This document shows, piece after piece, positions 1-8,780 of a stretch of 64,000 nt of DNA. Each line of letters opens with the position of its first letter. Position 1 is the first letter of the stretch. This stretch comes from Eledone cirrhosa (taxonomy: Eukaryota). The stretch lies in the NCBI GenBank assembly GCA_964016885.1, contig OZ024745.1, positions 8,122,001 through 8,186,000 of the forward strand. The letters are read 5' to 3'. A program made the position numbers and the translations under genes. The notes below the pieces were generated by a model. The model had not been told where the DNA came from and did not search any database. It saw only the letters and a list, made by a program, of their open reading frames with translations.

Positions 1-3000
1 ACCAAGACAACAATATAGAACAACGTTGGTAATAAACAGACACAGCAGACCAAGACAACAATATAGAACAACGTTGGTAATAAACAGACACAGCAGACCA
101 AGACAACAATATAGAACAACGTTGGTAATAAACAGACACAGCAGACCAAGACAACAATATATAACAACGTTGGTAATAAACAGACACAGCAGACCAAGAC
201 AACAATATAGAACAACGTTGGTAATAAACAGACACAGCAGACCAAGACAACAATATATAACAACGTTGGTAATAAACAGACACAGCAGACCAAGACAACA
301 ATATATAGCAACGTTGGTAATAAACAGACACAGCAGACCAAGACAACAATATAGAACAACGTTGGTAATAAACAGACACAGCAGACCAAGACAACAATAT
401 AGAACAACGTTGGTAATAAACAGACACAGCAGACCAAGACAACAATATAGAACAACGTTGGTAATAAACAGACACAGCAGACCTAGACAACAATATAGAA
501 CAACGTTGGTAATAAACAGACACAGCAGACCAAGACAACAATATAGAACAACGTTGGTAATAAACAGACACAGCAGACCAAGACAACAATATATAACAAC
601 GTTGGTAATAAACAGACACAGCAGACCAAGACAACAATATATAACAACGTTGGTAATAAACAGACACAGCAGACCAAGACAACAATATAGAACAACGTTG
701 GTAATAAACAGACACAGCAGACCAAGACAACAATATAGAACAACGTTGGTAATAAACAGACACAGCAGACCAAGACAACAATATAGAACAACGTTGGTAA
801 TAAACAGACAGAGCAGACCAAGACAACAATATAGAACAACGTTGGTAATAAACAGACAGAGCAGACCAAGAACAACAATATATAACAACGTTGGTAATAA
901 ACAGACACAGCAGACCAAGACAACAATATATAACAACGTTGGTAATAAACAGACAGAGCAGACCTAGACAACAATATATAACAACGTTGGTAATAAACAG
1001 ACACAGCAGACCAAGACAACAATATATAACAACGTTGGTAATAAACAGACAGAGCAGACCAAGACAACAATATAGAACAACGTTGGTAATAAACAGACAG
1101 AGCAGACCAAGACAACAATATAGAACAACGTTGGTAATAAACAGACAGAGCAGACCAAGAACAACAATATATAACAACGTTGGTAATAAACAGACACAGC
1201 AGACCAAGACAACAATATATAACAACGTTGGTAATAAACAGACAGAGCAGACCTAGACAACAATATAGAACAACGTTGGTAATAAACAGACAGAGCAGAC
1301 CAAGACAACAATATAGAACAACGTTGGTAATAAACAGACAGAGCAGACCAAGAACAACAATATATAACAACGTTGGTAATAAACAGACACAGCAGACCAA
1401 GACAACAATATATAACAACGTTGGTAATAAACAGACAGAGCAGACCAAGACAACAATATAGAACAACGTTGGTAATAAACAGACAGAGCAGACCAAGACA
1501 ACAATATAGAACAACGTTGGTAATAAACAGACACAGCAGACCAAGACAACAATATAGAACAACGTTGGTAATAAACAGACACAGCAGACCAAGACAACAA
1601 TATATAACAACGTTGGTAATAAACAGACAGAGCAGACCAAGACAACAATATAGAACAACGTTGGTAATAAACAGACACAGCAGACCAAGACAACAATATA
1701 TAGCAACGTTGGTAATAAACAGACACAGCAGACCAAGACAACAATATATAACAACGTTGGTAATAAACAGACACAGCAGACCAAGACAACAATATAGAAC
1801 AACGTTGGTAATAAACAGACACAGCAGACCAAGACAACAATATATAGCAACGTTGGTAATAAACAGACACAGCAGACCAAGACAACAATATATAACAACG
1901 TTGGTAATAAACAGACACAGCAGACCAAGACAACAATATAGAACAAAGTCGGTAATAAACAGACAGAGCAGACCTAGACAACAATATAGAACAACGTTGG
2001 TAATAAACAGACAGAGCAGACCAAGACAACAATATAGAACAACGTTGGTAATAAACAGACACAGCAGACCAAGACAACAATATATAACAACGTTGGTAAT
2101 AAACAGACACAGCAGACCAAGACAACAATATATAACAACGTTGGTAATAAACAGACAGAGCAGACCAAGACAACAATATAGAACAACGTTGGTAATAAAC
2201 AGACACAGCAGACCAAGACAACAATATATAGCAACGTTGGTAATAAACAGACACAGCAGACCAAGACAACAATATATAACAACGTTGGTAATAAACAGAC
2301 ACAGCAGACCAAGACAACAATATAGAACAACGTTGGTAATAAACAGACACAGCAGACCAAGACAACAATATATAGCAACGTTGGTAATAAACAGACACAG
2401 CAGACCAAGACAACAATATATAACAACGTTGGTAATAAACAGACACAGCAGACCAAGACAACAATATATAGCAACGTTGGTAATAAACAGACACAGCAGA
2501 CCAAGACAACAATATAGAACAACGTTGGTAATAAACAGACACAGCAGACCAAGACAACAATATATAACAACGTTGGTAATAAACAGACACAGCAGACCAA
2601 GACAACAATATAGAACAACGTTGGTAATAAACAGACACAGCAGACCAAGACAACAATATATAACAACGTTGGTAATAAACAGACAGAGCAGACCAAGACA
2701 ACAATATATAACAACGTTGGTAATAAACAGACACAGCAGACCAAGACAACAATATATAACAACGTTGGTAATAAACAGACACAGCAGACCAAGACAACAA
2801 TATAGAACAACGTTGGTAATAAACAGACAGAGCAGACCAAGACAACAATATAGAACAACGTTGGTAATAAACAGACACAGCAGACCAAGACAACAATATA
2901 GAACAACGTTGGTAATAAACAGACACAGCAGACCAAGACAACAATATATAACAACGTTGGTAATAAACAGACAGAGCAGACCAAGACAACAATATAGAAC

Positions 3001-3110
3001 AACGTTGGTAATAAACAGACACAGCAGACCAAGAACAGCAATATATAACAACGTTGGTAATAAACAGACACAGCAGACCAAGAACAACAATATATAACAA
3101 CGTTGGTAAT
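1..3110. repeat. 48-bp tandem repeat (minisatellite/satellite), about 65 copies, truncated by the left window edge
   Basis: Unit ACCAAGACAACAATATAGAACAACGTTGGTAATAAACAGACACAGCAG repeats head-to-tail. Recurrent variants: ATA-GAA/TAA/TAG, CAC/GAG, ACCAAG/ACCTAG, and 1-bp A insertions near 871, 1160, 1352, 3034 and 3083. It ends abruptly at ...CGTTGGTAAT (3110). Confidence 0.99.
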
Positions 3111-3118
3111 TAACTCAG

Positions 3119-3345
3119 ATGGTAGTGGTGGTGGTGGTGGTGTTTCTGGTGGTTTGTTGTGGTGGTGTTGGTGTTGGTGTTGGTGGTGGTGATGGTGGTG
3201 GTTAGTGGTGGTGGTAGTGGTGGTGGTAGTGGTGGTGGTGGTGGTGGTGGAGGTGGTGGTAATGGTGGTGGCGGTGTTGGTGTTGGTGGTGGTGATGGTG
3301 GTGGTTAGTGGTGGTGGCAGTGGTGGTGGTAGTGGTGGTGGTGGC
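3119..3345. repeat. Imperfect (GGT)n microsatellite
   Basis: GGT triplets with GTT/GAT/AGT interruptions, directly visible. Confidence 0.95.
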
Positions 3346-3429
3346 AGCAGCTGCAACAATAGCAGTATCAGTGCCGGTATCATCATCATCCCCATCAGCA
3401 CCATGGTGTGGGTGGTGGGGGAAGTCTTC

Positions 3430-3521
3430 GATTCCTGTAAAACGACGGATGTTTGGGGATGGAATAGCTTTGATCATAACTCCGCCTACTTTGAGCTGAC
3501 TTGGGGCTAAACAACAACAAC
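3430..3521 (+). mobile_element. Degenerate 3' fragment of a SINE/LINE-type element ending in an (AAC)n tail
   Basis: Complex island ...GGAATAGCTTTGATCATAACTCCGCC...TGACTTGGGGCTAAACAACAACAAC within low-complexity DNA. Its reverse complement is loosely similar to 7864-7931 (TTGTTGTT..TTTAG, TTATGATCAAAG vs TTATAATTAAAG, TTCCA, CATC). It resembles an octopus interspersed repeat as I recall it (not searched). Confidence 0.55.
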
Positions 3522-3530
3522 GACTACAAC

Positions 3531-4965
3531 TATGATGATGAGGAGGAGGAGTGGGGGATATGTGGTTGGTGGGGATGGTGATGGCGGCGGTGGTGGAGGT
3601 GATGGTGGTGGTGGTGGTGGTGGTGGTGGTGGTGGTGGTGGTGGAGGTGGTGGTGATGATGGTTATGGTGGTGGTGGTGGTGGTGGTGGTGGTGGTGATG
3701 GTGGTGGTGGTGATGGTTGTGATGGTTGTGGTGGTGGTGGTGGTGGTGGTGGTGATGGTGGTGATGGTGGTGGTGATGGTGATGATGCTGGTGGTGCGAG
3801 TGGTGAAGGTGATAGTGGTGGTGGTGATGGTGGTGGAGGTGATGGTGGTGGTGGACGTGATGGCGGTGGTGGACGTGATGGTGGGGCAGGTGATGGTGGT
3901 GGTGCACGTGATGGCGGTGGTGGTGTTGGTGATGGTGGTGGTGGAGGTGATGGCGGTGGTGGAGGTGATGGCGGTGAAGGTGATGGCGGTGGTGGTGATG
4001 ATGATGGAGGTGATGGTGGTTGTGGTGATGATGGTGGTGGTGATGATGATGGTGGTGATGGTGGTGGAGGTGATGGCAATGGTGGAGGTGATGGCAGTGG
4101 AGGTGATGGCGGTGGTGGAGGCGATGGCGGTGGGGGAGGTGGCGGTGGTTGAGGTGATGGCAGTGGTGGAGGTGATGGTGGGGGGTGATGGTGGTGGAGG
4201 TGATGCCGGTGGTGGTGATGATGCTGGAGGTGATGGCGGTGTGGCGGTGGTGGTGGTGGTGGTGGTGGTGGTGGTGATGGTGGGGCAGGTGATGGTGGTG
4301 GTGCACGTGATGGCGGTGGTGGTGTTGGTGATGGTGGTGGTGGAGGTGATGGCAGTGGTGCAGGTGATGGCGGAGGAGATGGTGGTGGTGGTGATGGTGG
4401 TGGAGGTGATGGCGGTGGTGGTGATGGTAGTGGAGGTGGTGGCGGTGGTGGAGGTGATGGCGGTGTGGGGGGTAGCGGTGGTTGAGGTGATGGCAGTAGT
4501 GGTGGTGATGGTGGTGGAGGTGATGGCGTTGGTGGTGTTGGTGCTGGTGATGATGATGGTGGAGGTGATGGTGGTGGTGATGGTGGTGGAGGTGATGGCG
4601 GTGGTGGTGATGATGGTGCAGGTGATGGCGGTGGTGGAGGTGATGGCGGTGGTGGAGATGATGGCGGTGGTGCTGATGATGGTAGAAGTGATAGCAGTGG
4701 TGGAGGTGATGGCGGTGGTGGAAGTGATGGTGGGGGAGGCGATGGCGGTGGGGGAGGTGAGGGAGGTAGTGCTGGGGAGGTGATGGTGGTGCTGGTGGTG
4801 GCGATGGTGGAGGTGATGGCGGTGTGGGAGGTGGCGGTGGTGGTGATGGTAGTGGAGGTGATGGCGGTGGGGGAGGTTATGATGGCGGTGGTGGTGATGG
4901 TGCTGGTGGAGATGATGGCGGAGGTGCAGGTGATGGCGGTGGTGGAGGTGAGGGTGGTGTGGGAG
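3531..4965. repeat. G-rich GGT/GAT/GGC/GGA low-complexity tract with an emerging 18-bp unit GGAGGTGATGGCGGTGGT
   Basis: Nearly pure GGT at 3604-3700 grades into many degenerate GGAGGTGATGGCGGTGGT units. An internal duplication of about 80 bp links 3875-3954 and 4274-4353. Confidence 0.93.
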
Positions 4966-5122
4966 CTGATTATGTTAGTACTTTGCTCATATTGAAGCAG
5001 GAAATGTGAGTCTTGCCACTGATTATAGAAAAGATCAAAGGAATAGGGCCGCCATTCCAGCAATCTTTCCCCCTAAGATGTTTATTGTACTTCCGAATAT
5101 CACAATACATGACATAACATTT

Positions 5123-5358
5123 TACTGCTGCTGCTGCTGCTGCTACTGCTACTACTGCTGCTACTGCTACTGCTCCTACTGCTGCTACTGGTACTACTAC
5201 TGGTACTACTGCTGCTGCTGCTGCTACTGCTGCTACTGCTACCAGTACTACTACTGCTACTGCTGCTGCTGCTGCTGCTGCTACTGCTACTTCTGCTACT
5301 GCTACCAGTACTACTGCTTCTGCTACTGCTGCTGCTACTGCTGCTACTGGTACTGCTG

Positions 5359-5392
<34 letters not shown>

Positions 5393-5394
5393 CG

Positions 5395-5453
<59 letters not shown>

Positions 5454-5503
5454 GCCACCGCCACTACTACTACTACCACCGCCGCTACTACTACTACTAC
5501 TAT

Positions 5504-5555
<52 letters not shown>

Positions 5556-5643
5556 GCTGCTATTACTACCACCACCACCACTACTACTACTACTACTTCT
5601 ACTACTAGTAGTACTACTACTTTTACTGCTGCTGTTGCTGCTA
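5123..5643. repeat. Compound (CTG)n/(CTA)n microsatellite with CCA/CCG interruptions
   Basis: CTG/CTA mixture to about 5360, then long CTA runs. Confidence 0.97.
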
Positions 5644-5645
5644 CT

Positions 5646-5750
5646 AAGAAGAAAAAGAAGAAGAAGAACAACAACAGTAACAACGACGACAATGCTGTTG
5701 CTGATGATGATGGTGGTGGTGGTAACGATAATGCTACTGATGATGATGAT
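5646..5750. repeat. Short mixed triplet runs (AAG, AAC, GAC, GAT, GGT)
   Basis: Consecutive short trinucleotide runs. Confidence 0.8.
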
Positions 5751-5828
5751 GGGGGCGGAGTGAGGATAATGTAAAAGTAATGAAGAAATATGAGACAACT
5801 GTCATTGGCTGCAAATGTAGTTGTCTGC

Positions 5829-6034
5829 ACAACAACAACTACAACAACAACAACAACAACATTAACAACAACAACAACAGCAGCAACAACATCAACAGCA
5901 GCAACAACAACAACAACAGCTGCTGCAACAACAACAGTAGCAGCAGCAGCAGCAGTAACAACAACAACAACAGCAACAGCAACAACAGCAGCAACAACAA
6001 CAACAACAGTAGTAACAACAACAACAACAACAAC
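5829..6034. repeat. Compound (CAA)n/(CAG)n microsatellite
   Basis: CAA runs interspersed with CAG/TAG/TAA. Confidence 0.96.
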
Positions 6035-6211
6035 ATTACTGCTTTAGTTGCTATATCTTCCCCAACAATGTCTCTACCATCTTTAAAATGGTGGACTAAG
6101 ACTTTAAACCGTTAACATTGATATCTAAGTTAGGCACAAGACAAGCACATTTGGGGGAAGGCAAAATTGATTAAATTTAAACCCAGTACTTGACTGTTAT
6201 TATATTTTATT

Positions 6212-6400
6212 GGTGAGGATTGGCAGTATCGGTAGAGAGTCGGACGCCATGCTTTCCAGCATAGTTACGTCCCTTTACGGTTTGAGTTCAAATCCCGTCG
6301 AGGTTAACTTTGCCTTTCATCCTTACGGGGTCGATAAAAATAAAGTACCAGTAATGTACTGGGTAATTGCTGGCCTTGTGCCAAAAGTAGAAACAATTAT
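6212..6400 (+). mobile_element. tRNA-derived SINE, apparently full length, nested in the antisense SINE
   Basis: A box TGGCAGTATCGG (6221-6232), B box GAGTTCAAATCC (6284-6295), body GCCTTTCATCCTTACGGGGTCGATAAAA, 3' end CCAAAAGTAGAAACAATTAT. Flanked by a 15-bp direct repeat and closely similar to 7658-7845. Confidence 0.9.
6221..6295 (+). promoter_or_regulatory. Internal RNA polymerase III type-2 promoter (A and B boxes) of the SINE
   Basis: TGGCAGTATCGG resembles the A-box consensus and GAGTTCAAATCC matches GTTCRANNC, about 50 bp apart. Activity cannot be judged from sequence. Confidence 0.65.
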
Positions 6401-6854
6401 ATTTTATTGGCCCTGGAAGGATGAAAGGTAAAGTTGTGTTCGGTGGGATTTGAACTCAGAATGTTATAGAGTAAGAACAAATACTCGACGCTCTACTGAT
6501 TCTGCCAATCCACCACACATTTAAGTTTTAGATATTGAAATAACAACCATTAGCTGGAATGTTTTGTTCGACAGAAGTAATGTGAACAGAAATACATTGG
6601 TGCTCGTACACTAATTATAACTTGTGGTGATACAATAGAAATTACACCTGTCATTAGTGGCCAAGAAGTATGAAGCAGGCAACTCCGAAATTTAAATTGA
6701 GTAAAACTTAAATAGAGATATGCTGCAGAAGTGGGTAAGTCTAGTGATTAGTAAGTGTAGTCACTACTTAGGACATGTTTCAGCCTTCTTAGTACACATC
6801 AGTGAAATATAGTGTGGACTACTACTGCTTTCTACCTTTACAATCGTATATACT

Positions 6855-7073
6855 ATTAATTTTTATGTAAGCTCAAGACCGGCAAAGTAGTGGGAAGGGC
6901 AAAGTTGATTAAGTCAACTCCAGTACTTTACTGGTACTTTATTTCATCAACCCTGGACAGGTGAAAGTTAGAGTAGATCTTGGCAGTATTTGAACTCAGA
7001 ATGTAAATAAACCATAATAAATACCACAATGACATGTTATCCGACGCTCTACCAATTCTGCCAATCCACCACC
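6855..7073 (-). mobile_element. tRNA-derived SINE, older diverged copy
   Basis: Minus strand: A box TGGCAGAATTGG (7052-7063), B box GAGTTCAAATAC (6986-6997), and AAAGTACCAGTAAAGTACTGG matching the AAAGTACCAGTAATGTACTGG motif of the plus copy. The 3' boundary is approximate. Confidence 0.82.
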
Positions 7074-7657
7074 CTTTATCTATCGAGATATTAAATTAGA
7101 TATATTGAATACTAAGTTGACTTGGACAGGATTAAAAGCTAGAATTATGAGCGGCGGTCACTCAGTCTTGCTAAAATGATTTGCTTCCATTCAGAAATCA
7201 AATATAAAACTGTTAGGCATCATTCTTAAGAAATCAGTTTTCTTTGATTCCGTCATTTATTTGATAAAGAGATTTCGTTTTAAAGTTGTTCAGTGACCTC
7301 TGAGTTCTTACATTCACTGATGTTGGAGTTTCTCATGTAATTTTGATTTGTGAACTATCTGCTAGAATCATCACAGATCGTTATGCCTGTGTTGCGAGAG
7401 GGTTATGATGACATATAAACTATATACTGCCTTTAATTGTTTATTGGCAGAGATGTTTATTACTGGGACCAGTCGCCGGGGATGGTGGGGGCTGGTACTC
7501 ATCCACCTCTCTCTTTCTCTCTCTATCAATGTATGTGTTAATTGGTACAGTAAAATTCTATGATCGTATCTTCACCACAGCCATTATGTTTGAAGGCGAC
7601 TTTCTTTATCGACCTCGAGCAATGGCAAAGTTCAACATAGTTTGTTGTTATTATTAT

Positions 7658-7845
7658 TTGGCAGTATCGGTAGAGGGTCGGACACCAAGCTTAGCAGCAT
7701 AGAGTTACTGCCCTACACGGTCTGAGTTCAAATCCCGCTGAGGTTAACATTGCCTTTCATCCTTACAGGGTCGATAAAAGAAAGTACCAGTAATAAACTG
7801 GAATAATTGCTGGCCTTACGCCAAAAGTAGAAACAATTATTATTA
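7658..7845 (+). mobile_element. tRNA-derived SINE, same subfamily as 6212-6400
   Basis: A box TGGCAGTATCGG (7659-7670), B box GAGTTCAAATCC (7724-7735), same 3' end AGTAGAAACAATTATTATT. TTATTATT on both sides may be a TSD or tail. Confidence 0.9.
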
Positions 7846-7863
7846 CCTTTATCATCTTTGTAA

Positions 7864-7987
7864 TTGTTGTTATTTTAGTCTAGTCCTGGTCGAGCTGACT
7901 TATAATTAAAGTCGTTCCAGCCACGACCATCAAATGTTCAGTATTAATTTCAGATATCGCATCAAGTATAACATTTTGCGACGTGTC
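7864..7987 (-). mobile_element. Degenerate fragment of the (AAC)n-tailed element family, abutting the satellite
   Basis: Starts with TTGTTGTT (reverse-complement tail) and is loosely similar to the reverse complement of 3430-3521. The extent beyond about 7931 rests on recollection of an octopus repeat only. Confidence 0.45.
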
Positions 7988-8780
7988 AATGAAGAGTAGA
8001 ATGACTGTAGAGACAGCAATATATACTTTGTTATTCCTGGTAGACTGTAGAGGGTGTACTATATACTTTGTTATTCCTGGTAGACTGTAGAGGCAGTACT
8101 ATATACTTTGTTATTCCTGGTAGACTGTAGAGAGAGTACTATATACTTTGTTATTCCTGGTAGAGTGTAGAGACAGTACTATATACCTTATTATTCCTGG
8201 TAGACTGTAGAGGCAGTACTATATACCTTATTCTTCCTGGTAGACTGTAGAGGCAGTACAATATACCTTGTTATTCCTGGTAGAGTGTAGAGACAGTACT
8301 ATATACCTTATTATTCCTGGTAGACTGTAGAGGCAGTACTATATACCTTGTTATACCTGGTAGAGTGTAGAGACAGTACCATATACCTTGTTATTCCTGG
8401 TAGAGTGTAGAGACAGTACTATATACCTTATTATTACTGGTAGACTGTAGAGGCAGTACTATATACCTTGTTATACCTGGTAGAGTGTAGAGACAGTACT
8501 ATATACCTTATTATTCCTGGTAGAGTTTAGAGGCAGTACTATATACCTTGTTATCCCTGGTAGAGTGTAGAGGCAGTACTATATACCTTGTTATCCCTGG
8601 TAGAGTGTAGAGGCAGTACTATATACCTTATTATTCCTGGTAGAGTGTAGAGGCAGTACTATATACCTTGTTATTCCTGGTAGACTGTAGAGGCAGTACT
8701 ATATACCTTGTTATTCCTGGTAGACTGTAGAGGCAGTACTATATACCTTACTATTCCTGGTAGAGTGTAGAGGCAGTACT

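Larger units (their letters stand above)
6199..6410 (+). repeat. 15-bp target-site duplication ATTATATTTTATTGG at 6199-6213 and 6396-6410
   Basis: Exact direct repeat bracketing the plus-strand SINE. Confidence 0.9.
6130..6514 (-). mobile_element. tRNA-derived SINE (host copy) split into about 6130-6213 and 6411-6514 by a nested insertion
   Basis: The minus strand reads GGTGGATTGGCAGAATCAGTAGAGCGTCG (A-box-like) and GAGTTCAAATCC (B box, 6446-6457), then ACCTTTCATCCTTCCAGGG. The joined halves are colinear with the uninterrupted minus copy at 6855-7073. Confidence 0.82.

Noticed and set aside
26-3404. Long ORFs (up to 708 aa) on both strands of the 48-bp array
   Set aside because: The unit length is a multiple of 3 and lacks stops in several frames. 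The ORFs overlap in multiple frames, start mostly at non-ATG codons and are broken by 1-bp indels, which is an artefact pattern.
3119-4965. Telomeric repeat
   Set aside because: No TTAGGG or TTAGG arrays; the tract is GGT-based and heterogeneous.
3202-5063. Gly-rich, His-rich, Val/Met-rich and extensin-like SPPPP ORFs (possible structural protein)
   Set aside because: Nearly all frames are open because of triplet composition. The Gly frame has an in-frame TGA at 4150 and frameshifts, and there is no signal peptide or unique domain. Only RNA-seq or proteomics could rescue it.
4970-6115. Poly-Cys/Tyr, poly-Ser, poly-Asn, poly-Thr and poly-Leu ORFs
   Set aside because: They are direct translations of microsatellites.
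6212-6300. tRNA gene
   Set aside because: A and B boxes are present, but I could not build a cloverleaf. The sequence continues into a shared SINE body and tail and occurs as diverged dispersed copies.
6210-6431. 73-aa ORF
   Set aside because: It coincides with the SINE and has no coding hallmarks.
7595-7640. Additional minus-strand SINE fragment (TTTATCGACC..GGCAAAGTT)
   Set aside because: Too short and degenerate to call without a profile search.
7640-8040. Derivation of the 40-mer from the SINE head (shared GGCAGTA and GGTAGAG)
   Set aside because: Only two 7-mers match, with different spacing, which is insufficient.
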